A stretch of DNA of 63,979 bases, filler included, from an uncultured bacterium (GTDB lineage: Bacteria > Latescibacterota > UBA2968), in NCBI GenBank assembly GCA_964471275.1. It is 3 parts of 3 records of this genome, joined end to end, with 100 filler letters (N's around TTAATTAATTAA, not from the genome) between each part and the next. Parts side by side here need not be neighbours in the genome. Positions count along the whole stretch, not along the records: positions 1 to 27,873 come from CAYYGZ010000029.1; 2 more parts are not named here. One strand, given 5' to 3'. Below are positions 9,678 to 18,577 of the stretch, in pieces. How positions within the stretch are numbered: the first letter of the stretch is position 1; the number at the start of each line of letters is the position of its first letter. Position numbers and translations under genes: made by a program. The notes beneath the pieces were generated by a model. That model did no database searches. It was not told the origin of the DNA and saw only the letters and a program-made list of their open reading frames with translations.

Positions 9678-10907
9678 CTATATGCCGAGCAGGAACTGTC
9701 CCTGTTCGTCATTGGGTACGACGCGATCAACAGAGCAATCTGCCTGTCCTTCAGCAAAGCGTACGCGGATTCCATCGCCCGGCTTCAGCGAATCCGCTTC
9801 GTGGATGAGCGAACCATTGTCGAGTCTGTGAGCGATACTGTAGCCACGACCCATCACCGACAGCGGGCTCAGGGATGCCAGCTTCGCGGTCAATCGCCGA
9901 TAGTCCTGTCGCCGACTGTCGTAGATGCGCCGGATCCCGCCAAGCAGGGCGCGATCGAGTTCATCAACGGTCTGCACATTCTGCAGAACGAGGTCCTCGA
10001 CACGACGGAAGCCGTATCGCTCCTGATACGAATCCACGAGACCTTCGTTCTCGCGCATCATGCCGTCCATCGCGTCCACGAGCCGCGTGTTCAGCGAGCC
10101 GACGCGGGTCCGAAGCTCCGCCGCATCCCGAACAACCAGCTCCGCTGCTGCGGAGGGCGTGGGCGCCCTGACATCTGCAACTAGGTCTGCCAGGGTGAAA
10201 TCGATCTCGTGGCCAACGGCGGAGATCACGGGTGTATGTGCCTCGGCGATCGCTCTGACCACCAGTTCAGAATTGAACGCGGCCAGATCCTCTTTGGCGC
10301 CTCCTCCACGACCCACGATCATCACGTCCGCCTCGCCAAACCGGTCAATGTCGGCGATGCCTCTCGCAACATCTCGATCAGACCCGGCGCCCTGAACGGT
10401 TGCCGCGCACAGCACCACGCGCAAGCCGTGGAAACGTCTTCCCAGAACCGTCAGGATATCATGAAGCGCGGCTCCAGATCTCGATGTCACGACACCGATC
10501 GTCTGCGGAAACGCCGGCAGAGTCTGTTTCCGGTCTTCGTCGAACAGACCCTCTTTGAGCAGCTTCTGTTTCAGTTCCTCGAGCGCGATCTGATCTGCCC
10601 CGACGCCAGACTGAACCAGCCGGGTGACTGCCATCTGATACTGGCCGCTCCGCTCGTAGACCGTGAGACGACCGCGTGCCACGACTTCCATCCCCGCTTC
10701 CGGTTTGAAGCCCTGGATTTTCTGTGACTTCCACATCACGCACTTGAGCTGACAGCTTTGATCCTTGAGCGTGAAATACCGATGGCCGGAGACGTGCTCG
10801 GTAAAGGAAGCAATCTCACCCACAACCCAGAGTGCCGGGAATGCCGTGTCGAGCGTCTGCTTGACGGCTTGGGTGACTTCGGAAATCGTGTAGGGTCTGT
10901 CGGCCAA
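9678..10907 (-). CDS. xseA: Exodeoxyribonuclease VII large subunit
   Basis: SGHRYFTLKD, IVGRGGG, PVISAVGHEIDFTLADLVADVRAPTPSAAAE, RGYS motifs. Confidence 0.96.
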   Translation of the reverse strand: MADRPYTISEVTQAVKQTLDTAFPALWVVGEIASFTEHVSGHRYFTLKDQSCQLKCVMWKSQKIQGFKPEAGMEVVARGRLTVYERSGQYQMAVTRLVQSGVGADQIALEELKQKLLKEGLFDEDRKQTLPAFPQTIGVVTSRSGAALHDILTVLGRRFHGLRVVLCAATVQGAGSDRDVARGIADIDRFGEADVMIVGRGGGAKEDLAAFNSELVVRAIAEAHTPVISAVGHEIDFTLADLVADVRAPTPSAAAELVVRDAAELRTRVGSLNTRLVDAMDGMMRENEGLVDSYQERYGFRRVEDLVLQNVQTVDELDRALLGGIRRIYDSRRQDYRRLTAKLASLSPLSVMGRGYSIAHRLDNGSLIHEADSLKPGDGIRVRFAEGQADCSVDRVVPNDEQGQFLLGI

Positions 10908-10913
10908 GAGGAT

Positions 10914-10953
10914 TCGGGTGTCGGGTGTCGGGTGTCGGGTGTCGGGTGTCGGG
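10914..10953. repeat. Heptamer tandem repeat (TCGGGTG)x5 plus a partial unit
   Basis: Directly visible, ending just upstream of the xseA TTG start. Confidence 0.95.
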
Positions 10954-11286
10954 AAAGCTATCGGAAGAGCACGGAGATCGGGTTGGTGATGCAGCGAAAA
11001 CTGGGCTTCGGTCGTGATATGTTCAGCCTCCGCGACCGACTTTCTTAGGCGCTGCCAATCGACCGGTGCGGACTCCGACGCAGGAGGTCAGCAGATTGCT
11101 TCTATCTGGATGCCTATCAATATAGACAGGAATCTGACGAGTAGGGAGGGCGAGCAGTTGGCCGGTTCTGGCGTGGTGTCTGATCGGGGCGGCTACAGAA
11201 CCGTGTGAACGTCAATGGGACAACCCCGGCAATGCTGTCTATTTACCTCGAGACCCATTGAGCCCGGTCTGCCCTCATCTGGCCGA

Positions 11287-12084
11287 TCAGGCCGAATCGC
11301 CGGGTGTCAGGTCGATTCTGAGTCGTTCGATGCTCTGTGCGCGACCAGTTGCCTTGTCGATATCGATGATCACACCGCACAGCTTGACATCTTCCGTCGC
11401 GGGCTCATAACGGGTCGGCAATCTGTCCAGAAACTGCTGTATGACGGCCTCCTTCCGAGCACCGATGACGGAGTTGTGTGGTCCGGTCATACCGGCATCG
11501 GTCATGTAGGCCGTGCCTCGAGGCAGGATGCACTCGTCCGCAGTCTGGACGTGCGTATGCGTGCCGATCACGGCGCTTGCAGACCCATCCATATACCACC
11601 CAAACGCAATCTTCTCTGACGTCGCCTCAGCGTGGAAATCGATGAAAACGATTGGCGTCTTCTTCCTGACCTCCTCGGCACAGGCGATCCCTGAGCGGAA
11701 CGGACAATCCATGGGTCGCATCCCGGTACGCCCCATCACATTCACGACACCAACTGGTGTGCCCTTCTTCGACTTGAAGACGCCGCTGCCGATCCCGCCC
11801 ACATCGGAAGGATAATTCGCCGGCCGCAGAATACGTTTCCCCCCGACGATATAGGGGATGCTGCTCTTCTGATCCCAAACGTGATTCCCCGTGGTGATCA
11901 CGTCCGCGCCATAGGCGTGCAGCTTGTTGCCGATGTTCTCCGTGATTCCAAAGCCCCCTGCTGAGTTCTCGCCGTTCATGATCGTGAAGTCGATCTCGCG
12001 GTCCTCGATCAGCTTGGGAACCAACTCGGACGCCGCTCGACGGCCGGGTTTGCCGTATATGTCGCCTACAAACAGAATACGCAT
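11287..12084 (-). CDS. ymdB: YmdB-family (TIGR00282) metallophosphoesterase
   Basis: GDIYGKPGR, NGENSAGGFG, TGNHVWD, DFHAEATSEK, GTHTHVQTAD; follows rny. Confidence 0.95.
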   Translation of the reverse strand: MRILFVGDIYGKPGRRAASELVPKLIEDREIDFTIMNGENSAGGFGITENIGNKLHAYGADVITTGNHVWDQKSSIPYIVGGKRILRPANYPSDVGGIGSGVFKSKKGTPVGVVNVMGRTGMRPMDCPFRSGIACAEEVRKKTPIVFIDFHAEATSEKIAFGWYMDGSASAVIGTHTHVQTADECILPRGTAYMTDAGMTGPHNSVIGARKEAVIQQFLDRLPTRYEPATEDVKLCGVIIDIDKATGRAQSIERLRIDLTPGDSA

Positions 12085-12265
12085 AGTAGTCTATTGATGA
12101 TCTTTGATTGAGGATTGAGGACTTCAGAATCGCAGACAGATAGAGTGTATCCGAGAATTGGGAGACGCGCCGTTACGGTACCGGAGAATAACCGATCCGT
12201 TCGCTGAGTTCAATAAAGACGCTCAGATCCAATCTTCTATACCCCATCATCGATCCTCGATTTTC

Positions 12266-13843
12266 CTATCTGGCCATTTCCATCGCCCGAACCTCGCGGA
12301 TCACGGTGACTTTCACCGGTCCAGGGTAGGTGATGTCCTTCTCGAGACGCTTTGCGATCGCTTCCGCGAGCCGTTCGGTATCGGCATCGCTGATCTGTCC
12401 AGAATCGGCGACGACGCGCACTTCACGTCCGGCCTGAATGGCGTAGACGGCTTCTACACCGTCGACATCCTTTGCGCGATCTTCCAGCCGCTTCAGACGT
12501 CTGACGTAGCTCTCGATCACTTCTCTCTGGGCACCCGGGCGGGCACGTGAAATCGTATCTGCCGCGTCGACCAGAACTGCGATCGGTGTGGCGGGATCCG
12601 ACTCTCCGTGATGCGACTCGATCGCGTTCACGACGACTGCATCTTCGCCGTATTTGCGTGCGAGATCGGGACCCGTCTCGCCGTGGGTGCCCTCCGCCTC
12701 GTGGTAAAGCCCCTTGCCGATGTCGTGAAGAAGACCGGCGCGCTTCGCTTTCTGCGCATCGAAACCGAGCTGTGTCGCCATCATCCCGGCGAGAAAGGCG
12801 ACCTCCTTGCTGTGGTTCAGAAGATTCTGTCCGTAGCTCGTCCGGTATTTCAATCGTCCCAGGATCTCCACAAGCCGCTCGTGCAGCCCGGGAACCCCGA
12901 TCTCAAAGGCCGCCTGCTCACCAGATTCACGAATTACGTCCTGGATCGAATCCCGTGACTTTTCCACCACCTCTTCGATCCGTCCCGGGTGTATTCGGCC
13001 GTCGAACACGAGTTGCTCCAGCGACATCTTCGCGACGGATCGCCGGATCGGATCGAATCCGGAAAGCACGACGGCTTCGGGCGTGTCATCCACGATTACG
13101 TCCACCCCAGTCGCCATCTCGAAGGCCCGGATATTGCGGCCCTCGCGGCCGATGATGCGGCCCTTCATCTCCTCGTTCGGAAGTTTCACCACCGCGACAG
13201 TCGACTCGACGGTGTGGTCGGACGCCAGACGCTGAATCGCATTCGATATGATCTCGCGCGCCTCTTCGTTCGCTTTCGTCAGGGCCTCGTTACGGATCTC
13301 CTTGATGCGCCAGGACGCCTCCATCCTGGCCTCCGATTCGAGATTCGAAACCAGCAGCTCGACTGCCTGCTGCTTCGTCATCTCTGCGATTTTCTCCAGT
13401 CGTCGGGTCTGCTCGCTCAGTGTTTGCCTGAGCTCGTCGCCCCGTTTCTCTACCTCCCCCTCCTGCGTCACCAGCTCTTCTTCCCGCTGAAGGATCGTCT
13501 GCTCCTTGCTGTTCAGCAGATCGGCACGCATCTCCAATTGGCGATCCAGACTAATCTGTTTCGATTCACGTTTCTTGACGTCATCCCACTTGCCGCTGAT
13601 CTCGCGTTCAAATGTGATGCGCTCCTGGTGCATCTCGTCACGAGCTTCCAGGACCGACGTACGTTTGAGCGATTCCGCCTCCGACTTCGCGTCTTCCACG
13701 GTCTGTTCAGCTTCGGCTTTGGCACGATGGATCTTGCTGTGCGCGAGCTTAGTGCTGACAAGCCAGCCCAGGATAAAGCCGAGAAACAGGAGCCCGACCG
13801 ATAGAAGCATCACGGGCATTGTTCCCATATCCGTTTGAAGCAT
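12266..13843 (-). CDS. rny: Ribonuclease Y
   Basis: N-terminal TM helix, coiled coil, KH domain (KGRIIGREGRNIR), HD domain (LLHDIGK), SRARPGA. Confidence 0.97.
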   Translation of the reverse strand: MLQTDMGTMPVMLLSVGLLFLGFILGWLVSTKLAHSKIHRAKAEAEQTVEDAKSEAESLKRTSVLEARDEMHQERITFEREISGKWDDVKKRESKQISLDRQLEMRADLLNSKEQTILQREEELVTQEGEVEKRGDELRQTLSEQTRRLEKIAEMTKQQAVELLVSNLESEARMEASWRIKEIRNEALTKANEEAREIISNAIQRLASDHTVESTVAVVKLPNEEMKGRIIGREGRNIRAFEMATGVDVIVDDTPEAVVLSGFDPIRRSVAKMSLEQLVFDGRIHPGRIEEVVEKSRDSIQDVIRESGEQAAFEIGVPGLHERLVEILGRLKYRTSYGQNLLNHSKEVAFLAGMMATQLGFDAQKAKRAGLLHDIGKGLYHEAEGTHGETGPDLARKYGEDAVVVNAIESHHGESDPATPIAVLVDAADTISRARPGAQREVIESYVRRLKRLEDRAKDVDGVEAVYAIQAGREVRVVADSGQISDADTERLAEAIAKRLEKDITYPGPVKVTVIREVRAMEMAR

Positions 13844-13875
13844 GGCACACCTCGTTCACGTTGAACAAAACAAAA

Positions 13876-14052
13876 AACCCCTGTCGTCCTAGCGAGGCGT
13901 ACGGCCTCCTGACGTCAGGGAATCGATCGTGCAGGACACACTCGCCCGGACTGCGGGCAAGCAACGTCTTGCTCTCTGCTCGGCTGTGCGAAGGGTCCCA
14001 CAATCAGACGGGACCGTGCACAAAGCAGAGCATGCGACAAAGCCGCGGGGAA
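13876..14052 (-). ncRNA. ssrS: Probable 6S RNA
   Basis: About 180-nt gap between zapA and rny, a typical ssrS position; ends pair (5' CCCC..UGUCG with 3' CGACAGGGG; GUGCA with UGCAC); U-tract follows. Confidence 0.65.
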
Positions 14053-14053
14053 C

Positions 14054-14350
14054 CTACGGGGCGTTGGGTGTAGACTGATCGATCTTCGCGGCTAGACGCT
14101 CGGCCGAAACCGATGCCGCTTGATCGATTCGCTCACTGGATTCTCTTTCCCTGCGGAGTTCGTCAGCCATGTTTACGGCGGCCAGGACAGCGATTGTCGA
14201 CACGGAACGGAGCGAAAGCTGCTTCGCGATCTCGTGCATCTTCTCGTCGACGTAGCGACCAATCTGCTGCGTATAATCAATATCCGCTGGCGAGGCGACA
14301 TCATAGTCTGTCCCGAACAGCCTGATCTTGACGACTTCTGGCTCTGCCAT
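14054..14350 (-). CDS. zapA: Cell division protein ZapA
   Basis: IRLFGTDY...YVDEKMHEI...IAVLAAVNMADEL pattern. Confidence 0.92.
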   Translation of the reverse strand: MAEPEVVKIRLFGTDYDVASPADIDYTQQIGRYVDEKMHEIAKQLSLRSVSTIAVLAAVNMADELRRERESSERIDQAASVSAERLAAKIDQSTPNAP

Positions 14351-14375
14351 ATTTAGATTCGTATTCCCTCGAGAC

Positions 14376-14681
14376 TCACGAGGACTGTGCGGCACCCAGA
14401 TGGGAAATCATCTGTTCAATCTTTTCCTGAATGACGTCTTTGTTGTCGATCAGAGACGCGTTGTCTTCATAGAGCTTTTGAAGTCGATCCCGGTCTGCCT
14501 TTGCCTCTGTGATATCTCGTTCACTCTGGTGCAGTCGCTCTTCAAGCGACTGCTTCTGTGTGATGAGGTCAGCGTTGGTGCCGCGAAGCTGGTCGATCAG
14601 GGCGACGGCTCGGTCGATCTGTGCATTCAGCCTGTCGATCCCCTCGTTGACCTCGGTATCCGCCTTTACTTCGGCGACCAT
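14376..14681 (-). CDS. ZapB-like coiled-coil protein
   Basis: About 100-aa heptad coiled coil directly upstream of zapA; SD AGGAG. Confidence 0.7.
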   Translation of the reverse strand: MVAEVKADTEVNEGIDRLNAQIDRAVALIDQLRGTNADLITQKQSLEERLHQSERDITEAKADRDRLQKLYEDNASLIDNKDVIQEKIEQMISHLGAAQSS

Positions 14682-14782
14682 TTCATCTCCTGAAAGAGTG
14701 GTCCGAGGACCTTTGCGATAATCCACGCAGGCCCTAAGTAGCATCAAAATCAATCACTTCTCTATGCAAATAAGACGCAATT

Positions 14783-14811
14783 AAGTTAACCTCTCACCGA
14801 GGTTTAGTCAA
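14783..14811 (-). promoter_or_regulatory. Sigma70-like promoter for zapB-zapA-6S-rny
   Basis: TTGACT-17 bp-TAACTT on the minus strand. Confidence 0.55.
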
Positions 14812-14960
14812 CGGGCGACCTCTCTCATCGGACGGAGCCGCACGACGATTCAGTTCAAGCCCTCACCCGGTAGCAAGCGACCGTCCTCTCCTGCCTGCGG
14901 GAGAAGACAGGTTGGCGTCAGCCAACCAGGTGAGAGCTAGACAGAAAAGTCAGCATATCC

Positions 14961-15003
14961 AAAAAAAAAAAAAAAGCCCCCAAAGCATATACTTCGGGGG
15001 CTT
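14961..15003 (-). terminator. Intrinsic terminator after rplT
   Basis: Minus strand AAGCCCCCGAAG-loop-CTTTGGGGGCTT followed by a long T run. Confidence 0.9.
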
Positions 15004-15025
15004 ACCGTTTCCTTACCAGACCGAA

Positions 15026-15376
15026 CTAGGCTGCGCTGGCCGTCTCCACCAGGGCCTTGAACGATTCCGGGCTCGTGATGGCCAGATCAGCTAGAACCTT
15101 ACGGTTCACTTCCACGCCGGCTTTGCTCAATCCGCTAATCAGTTGGCTGTAGGTCGTGCCATTCTCGCGGGCGGCGGCATTGATCCGTGCGATCCAGAGT
15201 GCGCGGAACGTCCGCTTCTTCTGTCGGCGATCGCGGTAGGCATACTGACCGGCTCGATCGACGGCATCAGAAGCGGTGCGGATCAGCTTGCTCCGTCCAC
15301 CCCGGTAACCTTTGGCCTGCTTGAGTATCTTCTTACGCCGTCTACGGGAAGCGACGTTATTGGTAGCTCTAGGCAT
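15026..15376 (-). CDS. rplT: 50S ribosomal protein L20
   Basis: MPRA...[12 protein letters not shown]...[25 protein letters not shown]. Confidence 0.98.
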   Translation of the reverse strand: MPRATNNVASRRRRKKILKQAKGYRGGRSKLIRTASDAVDRAGQYAYRDRRQKKRTFRALWIARINAAARENGTTYSQLISGLSKAGVEVNRKVLADLAITSPESFKALVETASAA

Positions 15377-15391
15377 CTTTCGTCTCCTTCC

Positions 15392-15589
15392 CTATCCGAC
15401 GGCTAAAAGGCGTCTAATTCTGCGCTGATCGGCATCCGAGATGGTGCCGGTCTTCCTCATGTGTCGTTTCCGTTTGGACGTCATCTTCGTGAGATTATGG
15501 TCCGACGGGGTGCGTCCTCGGGTAAGGCTACCCGACTTACGCTGTTTGATACGCTTTGCTGTCGACTTGTGTGTCTTCATCTTCGGCAT
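15392..15589 (-). CDS. rpmI: 50S ribosomal protein L35
   Basis: Starts MPKMKTHKSTAKR; basic 65 aa; lies between infC and rplT. Confidence 0.96.
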   Translation of the reverse strand: MPKMKTHKSTAKRIKQRKSGSLTRGRTPSDHNLTKMTSKRKRHMRKTGTISDADQRRIRRLLAVG

Positions 15590-15861
15590 ATCGCATCCCT
15601 CCGTATGGAGAGTGGGCATGAGCAGGACGAGGGCCTCAGGACACTCCGTTCGATCCCCGCATCACGTCTTGTTTCTGATCCCGCCGCAGCTTTCGCCAAG
15701 ACGGGTTTCTCCAACTCAAGAACAAACCACAAAGGCAGCAGCTCACCAAGTAAAATCGAATTCAAAGCGTCCACAACCGACCTGGAACAGGGACGACCCA
15801 TCCGTGGTCTGCAGTACCCTCTGCCCTGAAATGCGCGCTCTGTGTCCTCTGCGGTAGAAGT

Positions 15862-16407
15862 CTACTTCGGAATCAGCGTAATGACCATCGCGCGGCCTTC
15901 GTTCCTTGGCGGCGCTTCGGGCGAGCCGACTTCCTGAAGGTCTACAGCGACTTTGTCGAGCAGATCACGCCCAATCTCGCGATGGGCATTCTCACGTCCG
16001 GAAAACATCACGGACATACGAACCTTATGACGTTGCTTGAGGAACGTCTCGGCGTGCTTGACCTTGAAATCGTAGTCGTGAGTACTGATCCTGACCCGCA
16101 TCCGAATCTCTTTCAACTGAGAGCCGGGTTGCTTCCCCTTCTTCTGCTTCTTGCTCTGCTCATACCGATACTTGCCGTAATCCATGATCCGGCAGACCGG
16201 CGGGCGAGCATTGGGGGCAACTTCCACAAGATCCAGACCGGCCTCGTCGGCTTGTGTCTGGGCGACTTTGGTCTCGACCACTCCGACCTGCTCACCTTCG
16301 GCGTCGACCAAAAAGATCTGTGGGATACGGATCTGCTCGTTGACTCGAGGGCCTTCCCTTACAGGCGGGCGGCCCCGATCTCCTCTTCCTCTGAAGCCTC
16401 TGTTAAT
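15862..16407 (-). CDS. infC: Translation initiation factor IF-3, ATT start codon
   Basis: RVNEQIR, LDLVEVAPNARPPVCRIMDYGKYRYE; frame extends upstream to ATT at 16407-16405, 8 nt after GGAGG, overlapping the thrS stop. Confidence 0.95.
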   Translation of the reverse strand: MNRGFRGRGDRGRPPVREGPRVNEQIRIPQIFLVDAEGEQVGVVETKVAQTQADEAGLDLVEVAPNARPPVCRIMDYGKYRYEQSKKQKKGKQPGSQLKEIRMRVRISTHDYDFKVKHAETFLKQRHKVRMSVMFSGRENAHREIGRDLLDKVAVDLQEVGSPEAPPRNEGRAMVITLIPK

Positions 16408-18361
16408 GCGAACATCCTCCAGTTTTGGGTGTGTCTGTCTTGGACGTCGTCTCCTTCTGAATCCGGGAAACGAGATCCGTGAAACTCATCTTGCCCAGGT
16501 CGCCGTCACCGTGACGACGAACAGACACCTGGCCAGACTCAACCTCCTCTTTACCGACGATCAGCATATACGGGACCTTCTGGGTCTCCGCTTCTCTAAT
16601 CTTGTAACCCAGCTTGGCGTCCTGATTGTCCACCTCGCATCGGACACCACCCTCTCGCATCTCCTGATCGATCTGCTGGGCGAAATCCATAAACTGATCG
16701 GAGATCGGCAACACGACGGCTTGTACGGGTGCGAGCCAGACAGGGAAGTTACCGGCATAGTGCTCGACGAGCGTACCGAAGAACCGCTCCATCGATCCCA
16801 GCAAGGCGCGGTGAACCATAAACGGACGATGATACTTGCCGTCCTGACCGACAAAGCTGAGATCAAACCGATCGGGCAGATTGAAGTCGAACTGAATCGT
16901 CGTGCACTGCCACTCTCGATTGAGCGAGTCCTTGATCTTCACGTCGATCTTCGGGCCGTAGAACGCGCCCCCGCCCTCGTCAATCAAATACGGGAGCGAA
17001 TGCTTGTCTACCGCTCGTTTCAGCGCATCCGTAGCCGTGTCCCAATGCTCAGGATCGCCGACAGATTTTTCGGGGCGTGTGCTGATATACATGCTGTAGT
17101 CTTCGAACCCGAAGGATCGAAGAACGAACAGCGTAAAATCGATCACGCGCTCGATCTCATCCTCGACCTGATCCGGCCGGCAGAAGATGTGCGCGTCGTC
17201 CTGGGTGAAGCCGCGAACCCGCATCAGGCCGTGCAGGGAGCCGGATGCCTCGTAGCGATACACGGTGCCCATCTCCGCCCAACGGAACGGCAGTTCGCGG
17301 TAGCTTCGCCGCTTGTTCTTGTAGATCATGCTGTGGAACGGGCAGTTCATCGGTTTGGCATAGTAAGCCTGACCATCCACATCCATCGGCGCGTACATGC
17401 TCTCTTTGTAGAACTCGAGATGCCCGCTCGTCTCCCACAATGTCGAGCGTCCGATGTGAGGCGACCCTACCAACTCGTAGCCGCCCTCGAAATGCGCGTT
17501 CCGCCAGAAATCCTCAATCTGGTGACGGACACGCATTCCCCTCGGATGCCACAGGACAAGACCGGATCCGACCTGATCGCTGACCGAGTAAAGGTCGAGT
17601 TCGGTCCCGATTACACGGTGGTCACGTCGCTTCGCCTCCTCGAGCAGATCCAGATGTGCCTTGAGGTCTTTCTTGCCCGGGAACGAAATCCCGTAGATGC
17701 GTTGCAGCATCTTGTTCTGTTCGTCACCACGCCAGTAGGCGCCGGAAGCGCTCAGCAGTTTGATCGCCTTGATCCGGCCCGTGCCCGGCAGGTGGGGTCC
17801 CCGGCAAAGGTCCGTGAACTTACCTTCATTCCGGTAGATCGAGATGGTCTCATCGGACTCGATCTCTTCAAGGATCTCGAGCTTGTAGGACTCCCCCATT
17901 TCCTCGAACATCGCGTATGCATCGTCACGTGAGATCTCATCGCGTGCGAAAGGCTGATTCTCCTTCGCAATCTCACGCATCCGCTTCTCGATCTTCTCGA
18001 GGTCCTCGGGAGTAAACGGCTCCGCCACATCAAAGTCGTAGTAGAAGCCGCCCTCTATCGGTGGGCCGATCGTCACCTTCGCATCGGGGAAGAGATCCTG
18101 TACCGCCTGCGCCATAACGTGCGCAGTGCTGTGCCAGTAGATCTCTTTCCCGGCGTCATCACGGAATGTCAGGATCGATAGGTCCGCATCTGCATCGATC
18201 GGATGGTTGAGATCGACCGTCTGCCCATCCACCTGGCCGGCCAGGGCAGCACGCGCCAGTCCTGCCCCGATCGACTCGGCGATTTCTAGCACGGTTGTAC
18301 CGGACGCGTATGGCTTCTGCGTCCCGTCTGGTAGTGTAACTGTGATCTCAGCGGAACTCAT
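16403..18361 (-). CDS. thrS: Threonyl-tRNA synthetase
   Basis: TGS domain, HSTAHVMA, DLCRGPH, KPMNCPFH, RVRGFTQDDAH, GAFYGPKID, HRALLGSMERF. Confidence 0.98.
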   Translation of the reverse strand: MSSAEITVTLPDGTQKPYASGTTVLEIAESIGAGLARAALAGQVDGQTVDLNHPIDADADLSILTFRDDAGKEIYWHSTAHVMAQAVQDLFPDAKVTIGPPIEGGFYYDFDVAEPFTPEDLEKIEKRMREIAKENQPFARDEISRDDAYAMFEEMGESYKLEILEEIESDETISIYRNEGKFTDLCRGPHLPGTGRIKAIKLLSASGAYWRGDEQNKMLQRIYGISFPGKKDLKAHLDLLEEAKRRDHRVIGTELDLYSVSDQVGSGLVLWHPRGMRVRHQIEDFWRNAHFEGGYELVGSPHIGRSTLWETSGHLEFYKESMYAPMDVDGQAYYAKPMNCPFHSMIYKNKRRSYRELPFRWAEMGTVYRYEASGSLHGLMRVRGFTQDDAHIFCRPDQVEDEIERVIDFTLFVLRSFGFEDYSMYISTRPEKSVGDPEHWDTATDALKRAVDKHSLPYLIDEGGGAFYGPKIDVKIKDSLNREWQCTTIQFDFNLPDRFDLSFVGQDGKYHRPFMVHRALLGSMERFFGTLVEHYAGNFPVWLAPVQAVVLPISDQFMDFAQQIDQEMREGGVRCEVDNQDAKLGYKIREAETQKVPYMLIVGKEEVESGQVSVRRHGDGDLGKMSFTDLVSRIQKETTSKTDTPKTGGCSH

Positions 18362-18371
18362 AACTTATCGT

Positions 18372-18409
18372 AAAAAAAAGGACGCTACACCGGCCATTGG
18401 TGTGCGTCT
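18372..18409 (-). terminator. Terminator/attenuator-like hairpin in the thrS leader
   Basis: GACGCACACC-AATGGCC-GGTGTAGCGTC followed by 8 T, ending about 10 nt before the thrS ATG. Confidence 0.6.
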
Positions 18410-18500
18410 TTCAACTCAAAACCAAGTGGTCAGGTGACACGTTCGCGCCCGATAGTCCTCCGGGATATAAAATGAATATAAACACCGGAATAGCGAGACA

Positions 18501-18529
18501 AATGTATAGGCTGGCCTGTGGAGTGTCAA
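18501..18529 (-). promoter_or_regulatory. Sigma70-like promoter for the thrS operon
   Basis: TTGACA-17 bp-TACATT on the minus strand. Confidence 0.7.
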
Positions 18530-18577
18530 GCCAAAAGCCTTCATCCGTAAGCCTATGTATATCATCGGCTTAGGATG

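Noticed and set aside
10914..10953. CRISPR array
   Set aside because: Spacerless 7-bp tandem repeat; no repeat-spacer array or cas genes anywhere in the window
16184..17932. 582-aa plus-strand ORF and other long antisense ORFs
   Set aside because: Shadow frames of thrS and other conserved genes in GC-rich DNA; no recognisable motifs
18362..18500. T-box riboswitch or tRNA upstream of thrS
   Set aside because: No T-box consensus, specifier stem or cloverleaf is recognisable
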